DNA of 63,296 nt, filler included. It is 4 parts of 4 records of this genome, joined end to end, with 100 filler letters (N's around TTAATTAATTAA, not from the genome) between each part and the next. Parts side by side here need not be neighbours in the genome. Positions count along the whole stretch, not along the records: positions 43,749 to 63,296 come from DRR378314_819; 3 more parts are not named here. One strand, written 5' to 3'. Within the stretch, counting starts at the first letter, position 1. The number at the start of each line of letters is the position of its first letter. Below are positions 50,064 through 58,684 of this stretch, one piece after another. Made by a program: the position numbers and the translations under genes. The notes under the pieces are model-generated. The model saw only the letters and a program-made list of their open reading frames with translations. It was not told the origin of the DNA and searched no databases.

Positions 50064-50984
50064 TTAATATGCGCGGGTCGGACGGTCGAAGACGCGGCGG
50101 CCAAAGGCCGATGCGGTCAGGTCGACCATCAGGGTTGCGGTACGGCCGCGCTCGTCCAGAAACGGGTTCAGCTCAACCAGATCAAGCGAAGTCATCAAGC
50201 CTGAATCGTGCAGCATCTCCATCACCAGATGGCCTTCACGGACGGTGGCACCGCCGGGAACCGTGGTGCCGACTGCGGGTGCAACCGATGGGTCAAGGAA
50301 ATCCACATCGAGGGAGACATGTAATAGGCCATTGGCGGCTGCGACCTTGGCAAGAAAAGCGGAAAGCGGTTTCGCAATACCGGTCTCGTCAATCTCGCGC
50401 ATGTCAACATAGGTGACATCCGTGTCCTGCAACGCCGCGCGTTCCGCCGCATCAACAGAGCGCAGGCCGATGATGGCGATGTTTTCCTGCGGGACGGGGG
50501 TGTCGACAATTGGAAAGCCGTCAAACCCGTCGCGGCCCGTAACATAGCCCAATGGCGTGCCATGCAGGTTGCCGCTGTCCGTCGTTTGTGGTGTGTGGAA
50601 ATCCGTATGTGCATCCAGCCACAGCACGAACAATGGGCGATCAACGGTTTTGGCATGGCGCGCGGCACCCAGAACGGTGCCCAGAGACAATGCATGATCG
50701 CCCCCCATGAAGATCGGCACACCATCCGGCATCGCCGTTTCGGAGGCATCGGCAAGGGCAGTGGTCCAGGCGATGGTTTCCTCCAGTGCGACGATTTTGG
50801 GGTGATCCTTGGCGATGAAAGGGGCAGGGCGGACATTGCCACGGTCTTCAACCGGATGACCCAGATCGCGCAACGCCTGCGCCAGACCGGCAGTGCGATA
50901 GGCGTCAGGGCCCATTAAACAGCCTTGGCGGCGCTTGCCACTGTCCAGTGGACAACCGATCAGAATACAAGGGGACTGGGACAT
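50064..50984 (-). CDS. rocF: Arginase
   Basis: GGDHA, WLDAHTD, SGNLHG, SLDVDFLDP, ELNP. Confidence 0.95.
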   Translation of the reverse strand: MSQSPCILIGCPLDSGKRRQGCLMGPDAYRTAGLAQALRDLGHPVEDRGNVRPAPFIAKDHPKIVALEETIAWTTALADASETAMPDGVPIFMGGDHALSLGTVLGAARHAKTVDRPLFVLWLDAHTDFHTPQTTDSGNLHGTPLGYVTGRDGFDGFPIVDTPVPQENIAIIGLRSVDAAERAALQDTDVTYVDMREIDETGIAKPLSAFLAKVAAANGLLHVSLDVDFLDPSVAPAVGTTVPGGATVREGHLVMEMLHDSGLMTSLDLVELNPFLDERGRTATLMVDLTASAFGRRVFDRPTRAY

Positions 50985-51093
50985 GGGACGGCTCCTTTAA
51001 GTGGTGTTTCCCTGACTTATCTGGCGATATCGGTCATCGACAAGCGGCAGAAGTGGCCGTATTGGTTTGATATTGGTCATAATGGAGTGAATA

Positions 51094-51519
51094 ATGGACG
51101 ATTTGGATAATCGCATTATCGCCGCCCTGCGTCACGACGCACGGATGCCGCTGTCGGATCTGGCGCATGCGCTTGATACCTCGCGCACGACGCTGCGGGC
51201 GCGGATTGCACGGCTGCAGGAACGGGGCGAGATTGTTGGTTTCACGGTGCTGACCCGTGCAGATGTGATGCGCGATCCGGTGCGCGGATTGATGATGATC
51301 GGGATCGAGGGGCGCGGCACCGAACGGATCACCCGCCAGCTGGCAGGTTTTGCCGAGGTGCGGGCGGTGCATTCAACCAACGGACGCTGGGATGTGATTG
51401 TCGAAATCGGCACCGCCACGCTGGAAGCCTTTGATGCGGTGCTGACACGGATCAGGCGGCTGGACGGGATTGTTGCCAGCGAAACCAACCTGCTGCTCAA
51501 AACCCGAAAGGCGGGTTAG
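51094..51519 (+). CDS. Lrp/AsnC family regulator, divergent from rocF-ocd
   Basis: MDDLDNRIIAALRHDARMPLSDLA HTH; STNGRWD. Confidence 0.94.
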   Translation: MDDLDNRIIAALRHDARMPLSDLAHALDTSRTTLRARIARLQERGEIVGFTVLTRADVMRDPVRGLMMIGIEGRGTERITRQLAGFAEVRAVHSTNGRWDVIVEIGTATLEAFDAVLTRIRRLDGIVASETNLLLKTRKAG

Positions 51520-51980
51520 GCGCGCCGTGCTGCCATGATCCAAACAGCGGTCAGCGCAAAGGCAAAGACGGCGTTCCAGCCGGCCATCGACAAGCCAAAC
51601 AGCTGCCAGACAATTTCGTCGCACATGACAACGCCAGTGGGTGTGTCCAGCGCCAATAGCGCGCCGCCATCCATCGCGCCAAGGTCGGCACCGCCGCCGC
51701 TGCAAGAGGTCGGACCGGGCCACCAGCCCCATTCGACACCTGCATGATACGCCCCGATTGCGCCAGTGATCGCTGTGGCCAGGGCCCCCAGCCATGCCAG
51801 CAAACGCGGCCCGCCCATCAGGGCCGCAACACCGATCAGGATTGCCGCAGCATGGGGCCAGCGTTGCCACAGGCACATTTTGCACGGGGCCAGACCGCCG
51901 ATGTGCTGGAACCCGAAGGCCCCCAGCAACAGCGCAGCGGAACCGAAGGTGGCGATTAAAATCAGCGTCTTACGTGTCAT
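51516..51980 (-). CDS. dsbB: Disulfide bond formation protein B family
   Basis: PCKMCLWQR, YHAGVEW..WPGPTSC, CDE, GLSMAGWN. Confidence 0.9.
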   Translation of the reverse strand: MTRKTLILIATFGSAALLLGAFGFQHIGGLAPCKMCLWQRWPHAAAILIGVAALMGGPRLLAWLGALATAITGAIGAYHAGVEWGWWPGPTSCSGGGADLGAMDGGALLALDTPTGVVMCDEIVWQLFGLSMAGWNAVFAFALTAVWIMAARRA

Positions 51981-52555
51981 ATCAGCTTTACCACAGCAAA
52001 TCCTGCCACCAGCAGGATAACAAACAGGGTGAACATCAGGCCCAGACGTTTTTCAATGAAGTCACGGATCGGGGCACCAAATTTCCACAGGAGCAGCGCG
52101 ACGATAAAGAACCGCAGGCCCCGCGCAAGGATCGAGGTGACGATAAACGTCCCCAAGGGCATCGCGGTCCAGCCGGACATGATCGTGATGACCTTATAGG
52201 GAAAGGGGGTGACCCCCGCCGCCAGCACGGCCCAGAAACCCACACCATTGAACCGTTCGGCAAAGGCCTCCATCGCCTCGGCCTTGCCCAGCGAAGCCAG
52301 CATGGGCTGACCGATGGTTTCATAGGCAAAGGCCCCGATGGCATAGCCCAGCAACCCGCCCAGCACCGATGCAACCAGCGCCACACCGGCAATCACAAAG
52401 GCGCGGTTGGGTCGGGCGATGATCATCGGAATCATGATGATATCCGGCGGGATCGGGAAAAACGAACTTTCCGCAAAAGCCACAATCGCCAGAGCCCAGA
52501 GGGCGTGGGGGTGTTGGGCAAGGCCAAGGGTCCAGTCGTAAAGGCGTTTTAACAT
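51977..52555 (-). CDS. YqaA/DedA family membrane protein
   Basis: FAESSFFPIPPD, ASVLGG, TPFPYK, RGLRFF; ATG at 52555. Confidence 0.92.
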   Translation of the reverse strand: MLKRLYDWTLGLAQHPHALWALAIVAFAESSFFPIPPDIIMIPMIIARPNRAFVIAGVALVASVLGGLLGYAIGAFAYETIGQPMLASLGKAEAMEAFAERFNGVGFWAVLAAGVTPFPYKVITIMSGWTAMPLGTFIVTSILARGLRFFIVALLLWKFGAPIRDFIEKRLGLMFTLFVILLVAGFAVVKLI

Positions 52556-52761
52556 TTGCATTGCTCTTTTTGGTTGACCTGCAACACCATACCGGATGGA
52601 CGGGGTCAAGAGCAGGCCGTGCTTGGGCCGGGCAGGGTGACCGGATTGCGCCAGGATACGCCGCTGATGCGACTTGCGGGCTGAAAACTCCCGGGGCTGC
52701 ACGGTTCAATCCTGCCTTAACGATTATCTGCTAAAGCCTGACCTCATCAGAGGGGGCACAT

Positions 52762-53070
52762 ATGCCGTATAATCTGCGCATTCTGTTATTCATGCTGTTT
52801 GGCGGCGCGGCCGTGGTCATTGCCGTGTTTCAGGTGCCGCCCCTGACCTCTGGAGGCAATAGCGGAAAATCAGGACTGAACGAGGCAGAGTTCAAGGCAG
52901 CAGTCAGCGCGGAACTGGCCTTTTGCCAAAAGCAGCCTGATGCGGTGAATTGTCGATGTTTTGCCAATAAATCCGCGATCATCCGAAGCCATCAACAACC
53001 CCGTGTACCCAGCGCCGTTTACGCCGATAAGGAAGATCTTGCACGTGGGCAGGCTGCACTGGGCTGCTGA
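52762..53070 (+). CDS. Hypothetical membrane-anchored protein with four Cys
   Basis: N-terminal TM; C...CRC...C; GAGGGGG RBS. Confidence 0.65.
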   Translation: MPYNLRILLFMLFGGAAVVIAVFQVPPLTSGGNSGKSGLNEAEFKAAVSAELAFCQKQPDAVNCRCFANKSAIIRSHQQPRVPSAVYADKEDLARGQAALGC

Positions 53071-53169
53071 GGGCCAGCAGGTCAACACACCCTGCGCCCG
53101 ACTTAACAGCCCCCGATCTACGATAGCCCTTGTCGAATCGCGCAACGCTTTGTAGCAGGTCCGAACAGT

Positions 53170-53253
53170 GCCCGTGTGGTGGAATGGTAGACACGTCAGA
53201 TTCAAAATCTGATGCAGCAATGCGTGCCGGTTCAAGTCCGGCCACGGGTACCA
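53170..53253 (+). tRNA. tRNA-Leu(CAA)
   Basis: GCCCGTG acceptor stem, GGTAG D-loop, TCAGA-TTCAAAA-TCTGA anticodon arm, long variable arm, GGTTCAAGTCC, encoded CCA. Confidence 0.97.
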
Positions 53254-53626
53254 ACTGGTTTATACACCAGCCGCCAAAATTCTCTCTTGTCGCAGTCTGG
53301 ACTCGCGAAACGCAGTTTTGACGCGGACCAGAGTGGTGATTGCTTTGTGCGGGTTGTCCCCCAGGGCCTGCGCGGTCAGGGTACGGGGCGGAGGACGCGC
53401 GCGACGATGCCGCCGTTCCGCATCGCGCCAAGCCCCTGACCAAGGCGGATCTTGTCGCAAAGTGATTCGTGACGAATTTGGTGAAGGTGCCGGTTTGCGG
53501 CATCAGTCCTGTGTTTTTGCGCGGATTGGTTCCAAGTTGGCGACAGTGGTGATTCACTCATGGCGGGAATAAGGCAAGAGGTTTGACGGCTCACCTTTTC
53601 TAAAATTGTTTCCCGTGGCGGAACAG

Positions 53627-53641
53627 TTAACCACATCTTAA
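53627..53641. promoter_or_regulatory. CtrA box upstream of the Hint protein leader
   Basis: TTAA-CCACATC-TTAA; extra half-site TTAACC at 53671. Confidence 0.7.
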
Positions 53642-54126
53642 TGATTTCCTTTCCACTGTAGAGCAACTGATTAACCTATTTACATGAGGTTTGTTCTTTT
53701 GCGACGAATTCCAGGTGGAAACAATTGTTTGGTGTATGGCCCTCATCAACCGGGGGAGTATCGCCCCGCACCTACGGCTGTTCCGTCATTTCTGACAATT
53801 TCCCGACATTTTTCCCTTTGTTGGACCATTTTGCAGGGATAAATATGTTTTTGCCCAACTGGGGGGCTTTTTCTATTGGTCGCGGGCGGCCACATATTCG
53901 CGCATCCATGCTGATGCGGGAGACGTGCCAACGCCGTGCCCAGCGCGACCGTCTGCATGTCGCTGCCGGACAACTGCTGTTCCGTCGCGCGCTGCCCGAT
54001 GCAGCTCTCCCCGGCTTTTTGGTGCGTCATTCGTTGGGACTGTCCCATGCGTTTGGAATGATAATCTGTGCCGCCCCTGCTTGCGGGTCATACCTTACAG
54101 GGCACAAGTTTGAGTGGAGTAAAGTG

Positions 54127-54273
54127 ATGAAGCTTGCATCAAGACCGTCCTTACTGGCCGTTAATGCGCCGCGGTTTTCTAGCGCCTTCCTTGCACACCC
54201 ACGTCCCGAAGCACCTTCCAGAATGGCCGCGCTGCTTGGCATGCGCATCAACGTCCAGGAGACTACCCAATGA
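54127..54273 (+). CDS. Putative 48-aa upstream peptide coupled to the Hint gene
   Basis: MKLASRPSLLAVNAPRFSSAFLAHPRPEAPSRMAALLGMRINVQETTQ; GGAG RBS at 54116; TGA overlaps the Hint ATG (ATGA). Confidence 0.5.
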   Translation: MKLASRPSLLAVNAPRFSSAFLAHPRPEAPSRMAALLGMRINVQETTQ

Positions 54274-57200
54274 TCCGTACACTTGATTTCAATGCATTTG
54301 CTGCCGGCACCGTTATTGATGACGAATATCAGGCAACGGATGGGGTGTTGGTTTCTGCGGTTGGCGGGTCAGGTCAGGCGATGACATTCGACACCAACAA
54401 CCCCACCGGGGATGACACGGATCTGGCTTCCGATACGCTGGACGGGGTATTGATCATTTCGGAAGATGGCGACGGCAGCGACCCCGACGATAATGACGCG
54501 GGGGGCAGCATCTTTTTCGACTTTGAATCTCCCGCGCTGATCAAAGAACTGACTTTCAAGGATATCGAAGAGACCGAGGGTGAGGGCACATCCATGATCT
54601 TTTACGATGCGGAAGAGGTGGTCATTGAGGAACATTTCGTGCAGCCAACCGAGGATGGTGGCGAACACACCGTTGGTTTGTCGGTAGATGGCGTGTCCCG
54701 CTTGGAGGTCCGTTTTGAAGGGTCCGGCGCGGTGGATAATCTGGTGTTTGACGACAAACTGCCAATGGATGATGGGCCGACGGCAATTGATGACAGCGGC
54801 GAAACCGATGAGGACAGCGCAGTGATCATTGATCTGCGCGGCAATGACACGGACCCTGATGATCCGCGCGAGGATCTGGTGATCGGTGATTTTGTGAGCG
54901 CTGATGGCACGGTAACCGACTTGGGGGACGGCACGGTGTCCTTCCTGCCAAATCCGGATTTCAATGGCGAGACCAGCTTTACCTACACGGTGACGGATCC
55001 GGACGGGAATTCGGACACGGGCGAGGTCACAGTGCAGGTGAACCCGGTTAATGACGCACCCGTGGCCGTTGATGATACCGATACCACCGATTTGGATGCA
55101 ACGGTGACGGTTGATCTGCTGGCCAATGACAGCGATGTGGATGGCGACACACTGTCCGTGACGGCCGCCACTGTGCCGCCGGAACAGGGCAGTCTGCTCA
55201 ACAATGGCGATGGGACGGTGACTTTCACCCCCGCTGCGGCCTTCACTGGTCCGGCCACCATCAGCTATGCCATTTCTGACGGCAATGGCGGCGAGGATAG
55301 CGCGGTTCATGTGATTGATGTCACCCCCGAGGTGCTCGCCCCGCCGGTGGCAAATGATGACACCGCCGCCACCGATGAAGATACTGCGGTGATCGTCGAT
55401 CTGCGGGGCAATGATACCGACCCTGACAATACCCTTGATGAACTAACCCTTAGCGACCTTTTGGTTGATCCGGCAGAGGGCACTGTTGTGGACAATGGCG
55501 ACGGCACGGTCACTTTTACACCAGCCGCTGATTTTAACGGCGATGCCACCATCACCTATACGCTGACCGATCCCGATGGGGCCTCTGATGATGCTGAGGC
55601 CATTGTCACCGTGGCCCCGGTAAATGACGCCCCGGTGGCGGGTGATGACGTTATGGGCACGCCCTATAACACCCCCATTGAAGATATCGACGTGCTTGCC
55701 AATGACACGGATGTTGACGGTGATCCGCTGCGCCTTGTCTCGGCAACCAGCCCTGATGGTACCGTGCTGATCACACCCGAAGGCATGCTCAGCTTTACCC
55801 CGACCGAAGGGTTCACCGGGCCGGCTGAAATTACCTATACCATTTCTGACCGCCCTGAAGGTGATCCGGAGGGGCTGAGCGATGTCGGCACGCTGCTGGT
55901 CAATGTGGCCGCACCAGACACGCGCGATGGCATTGTTGCTGGCACCATCGGTGCCGACCTGATTGATAGCGAATATCTGGGCGATCCTGACGGCGATCGT
56001 GTCGATAGTGAGGATGCGATCATTCCCGGTCAGGCACCGAACGACGACATCATCCGTGCCGGTGACGGCGATGATACGGTTGTGGCCGGTCTGGGGGATG
56101 ACAATATCACCGGCGGTGAAGGTGATGACAGCATCCGTGGTGAAGATGGCAATGACACGGTGGATGGCGGTGCAGGGGACGATGTGATCAACACCTCCGG
56201 TCCCGATCTGGCCCCCGACCGTGGCTATCCCGACGCGCCAACCGACAGTCTGGGCTTTGAGGGCGATGATGACACTGAGAACGACCGCGACTCCGTTATC
56301 GGCGGTGCGGGCAATGACACCATCACAACCGGTGACGACCGTGACACCATCATCGGTGGAACCGGGGCAGATGTGATTGATGCCGGGATTGATGACGATT
56401 TCATCGACGGTGACGAAGATGATGACCGCATTGTTGGTGGTGAAGGCAGTGATACCATCTTTGGAGGGGCGGGGGATGATACCATCTATGCGGGCAATGA
56501 TCCTGATGGCATCGGTGATCTGCTGGATATTCCGGATGACGTAACTGCAGGCGCGCCTTTCTCGCCGGATCGCAACCCCGACAATGGCCGCGATGTTGTT
56601 CAGGGTGGCGCGGGGGATGATCTGATCTTTGGCGCGGATGATGCCGACAGCCTTGTCGGTGGCTCTGGTAACGACACCATTGACGGCCAGATTGACGATG
56701 ACACCATCAGCGGCGGCTCGGGCGACGATTCATTGCTTGGCGGGCAGGGCGACGACACCATCGAAGGGGGCACCGGCGAAGATACGCTTGAGGGCGGCAT
56801 CGGTGATGACACACTGCGGGGCAATCGCAATGACGATATCCTGCTGGGTGGTGCCGGTGACGACGTGCTGGACGGCGGCGGGGATGATGACCTGCTGGAC
56901 GGCGGCGAAGGTGACGATGATCTGCAAGGCGGGCTTGGGGATGATACCCTGCGCGGCGGCGCGGGTGAGGACACCATGACAGGGGGTGCTGGTCAGGATG
57001 TCTTTGCCGCCGTGGGCGCCGGTGATGAGATCGACGGTGGTTCCGGCCCGGTTGATCTTGACACGCTGGACCTGCGCGGCTCTGCCCCGGAGGGGGGAGG
57101 GCTTGAGGTTATCTATACCTCTGATGACCGTGAAGACGGGGTGGTCAATTACTTCGACGCAGATGGGGCAGACGCGGGTCAATTGGTGTTCGAAGAGATC

Positions 57201-57797
57201 GAGAATGTCATCCCCTGTTTCACACCGGGCACCAAGATCGCCACACCAAAAGGCGAACGTCTGGTAGAAGAGCTCAAAGTTGGTGAACGTGTCATCACCC
57301 GGGACAACGGCATTCAGGAAATCCGCTGGGTTGGCGCGCGCGATATGTCCGGTGCCGAGCTGGAAAAAGCGCCGCATCTCAGACCAGTGCTGATCCGTCA
57401 GGGCGCACTTGGTAACGATCTGCCGGAACGTGATATGATGGTTTCGCCCAACCACCGGGTGCTGGTGGCCAATGACAAGACCGCGCTTTATTTTGAAGAG
57501 CGCGAGGTTTTGGTCGCGGCCAAACATCTGACCGATCTGGAGGGCGTGGACATCGTGGAGGTGTCCCAGACAACCTATATCCATGTGATGTTTGACCAAC
57601 ATGAGGTGATCCTGTCCGACGGCGCATGGACCGAAAGTTTCCAGCCTGGCGATATGTCATTGGCCGGCATCGGCAAGGAACAGCGTCAGGAAATTTTGGA
57701 ACTTTTCCCGGAACTGGCCACCACAGCCGGTATCGAAGGTTATGCATCGGCCCGCCGGTCGCTGAAAAAGCATGAGGCCAAGCTGATTACAGAGTAA
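54270..57797 (+). CDS. Large acidic protein with cadherin-like (Big/VCBS) repeats, RTX repeats and a C-terminal B-type BIL Hint domain
   Basis: About four NDxDxD...FTPxxxFxG...Y repeats, many GGxGxD nonapeptides, IPCFTPGT (Cys983), VSPNHRVL, HEVILSDGAWTES. Confidence 0.93.
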   Translation: MIRTLDFNAFAAGTVIDDEYQATDGVLVSAVGGSGQAMTFDTNNPTGDDTDLASDTLDGVLIISEDGDGSDPDDNDAGGSIFFDFESPALIKELTFKDIEETEGEGTSMIFYDAEEVVIEEHFVQPTEDGGEHTVGLSVDGVSRLEVRFEGSGAVDNLVFDDKLPMDDGPTAIDDSGETDEDSAVIIDLRGNDTDPDDPREDLVIGDFVSADGTVTDLGDGTVSFLPNPDFNGETSFTYTVTDPDGNSDTGEVTVQVNPVNDAPVAVDDTDTTDLDATVTVDLLANDSDVDGDTLSVTAATVPPEQGSLLNNGDGTVTFTPAAAFTGPATISYAISDGNGGEDSAVHVIDVTPEVLAPPVANDDTAATDEDTAVIVDLRGNDTDPDNTLDELTLSDLLVDPAEGTVVDNGDGTVTFTPAADFNGDATITYTLTDPDGASDDAEAIVTVAPVNDAPVAGDDVMGTPYNTPIEDIDVLANDTDVDGDPLRLVSATSPDGTVLITPEGMLSFTPTEGFTGPAEITYTISDRPEGDPEGLSDVGTLLVNVAAPDTRDGIVAGTIGADLIDSEYLGDPDGDRVDSEDAIIPGQAPNDDIIRAGDGDDTVVAGLGDDNITGGEGDDSIRGEDGNDTVDGGAGDDVINTSGPDLAPDRGYPDAPTDSLGFEGDDDTENDRDSVIGGAGNDTITTGDDRDTIIGGTGADVIDAGIDDDFIDGDEDDDRIVGGEGSDTIFGGAGDDTIYAGNDPDGIGDLLDIPDDVTAGAPFSPDRNPDNGRDVVQGGAGDDLIFGADDADSLVGGSGNDTIDGQIDDDTISGGSGDDSLLGGQGDDTIEGGTGEDTLEGGIGDDTLRGNRNDDILLGGAGDDVLDGGGDDDLLDGGEGDDDLQGGLGDDTLRGGAGEDTMTGGAGQDVFAAVGAGDEIDGGSGPVDLDTLDLRGSAPEGGGLEVIYTSDDREDGVVNYFDADGADAGQLVFEEIENVIPCFTPGTKIATPKGERLVEELKVGERVITRDNGIQEIRWVGARDMSGAELEKAPHLRPVLIRQGALGNDLPERDMMVSPNHRVLVANDKTALYFEEREVLVAAKHLTDLEGVDIVEVSQTTYIHVMFDQHEVILSDGAWTESFQPGDMSLAGIGKEQRQEILELFPELATTAGIEGYASARRSLKKHEAKLITE

Positions 57798-57910
57798 ACC
57801 GCCAGAAAAGGGGCGGGGGCCCCCGGCGCGGAACAAAGGCACGCGGGGCAACCGGGTGTCAGAAATATGCAGCAGTTTGTCAGGGATGTATCACCTATGA
57901 CAAACGACCA

Positions 57911-57944
57911 GAGCGGGGCGGGAAACTGCCCCGCTCACTTTTAT
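57911..57944 (+). terminator. Rho-independent terminator after the Hint gene
   Basis: GAGCGGGGCGG-GAAA-CTGCCCCGCTC followed by ACTTTTAT. Confidence 0.8.
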
Positions 57945-58023
57945 CTGATAGAGGCTGCTCATGGGGACGGATGCAGTGGTCCAAATTGCCCTGAAAAATC
58001 ATATGGATTTACCAATGCTGGCG

Positions 58024-58638
58024 CTATGTCTGGTCCTGTTCCCTGCGCCATCTGTGCCAGTCTTCTGGCGTGTCCAAGTCACGCCGCGCGCGCTGTCCTT
58101 CTAGGGGCACCAAGGTCATGCGCCCCTTGGCCTGTGCGACCACCTCGCGCCCGCCGCTGTCTCCGCTCAGCTGCGCAAAGGCCGGGAATAAGGTGCGGTG
58201 AAACACAATCGGATGCCCCGCCGCACCCTCCTGCGTTGCCCCGCGCCAGATCAATTGGCCGCTGTCCAGTTCCACCGCATCTGCCACCTTTGCCAGATCA
58301 TCGGCTGTCACATCCGGCAAATCGCCCAGCAATACCATCGCGCAGGGGGCTTCCCGTGGCAGGGCCGCAAAGGCGCGGCGCAGGCTGGCGTTCATGCCCT
58401 CATCCGCATCCGGCACCGCAAATGGCAGAACTTCCAATCCCTTCAGCGCGTCATACCGGCGATGTGGCGGTGCCGGCAGGGCGATCAGCACCGGACCACC
58501 CGTGACCGCACAGGCTTTCAGGGCCTGCTGTCGCAGCAGGGGCAATCCGTTTACCTCTTCCAACAGCTTGTCACGCCCGCGCATCCGACTGGATGCACCG
58601 GCGGCAAGGATGATGATGGGCAGGTTGCGCGGATTCAT
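58024..58638 (-). CDS. Nucleotidyltransferase, MocA/MobA-like
   Basis: IILAAGASSRMRGRDKLL, GMNASL, LGDLP, GHP, GDSGGR, DLDTPED. Confidence 0.9.
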   Translation of the reverse strand: MNPRNLPIIILAAGASSRMRGRDKLLEEVNGLPLLRQQALKACAVTGGPVLIALPAPPHRRYDALKGLEVLPFAVPDADEGMNASLRRAFAALPREAPCAMVLLGDLPDVTADDLAKVADAVELDSGQLIWRGATQEGAAGHPIVFHRTLFPAFAQLSGDSGGREVVAQAKGRMTLVPLEGQRARRDLDTPEDWHRWRREQDQT

Positions 58639-58684
58639 GTCCCGCAGTTTACCGGGCGCAGACGGCAAAAGTAAGTGCCCCTTG

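Noticed and set aside
53230-53260. tRNA-Leu 3' end as an integration site
   Set aside because: No integrase nearby and I saw no duplicated tRNA 3' end in the window
53725-54273. 182-aa ORF as a full protein
   Set aside because: TTG start and no recognisable domain; only the last 48 codons have a clear RBS and coupling, though the longer form is not formally excluded
56060-57000. Periodic GGCGGC...GACGAC repeats resembling an array
   Set aside because: In-frame RTX nonapeptide codons; no identical repeats with unique spacers and no cas genes, so not CRISPR
57216-57660. Hint domain as a mobile intein
   Set aside because: No homing endonuclease and no terminal His-Asn; fits a B-type BIL domain
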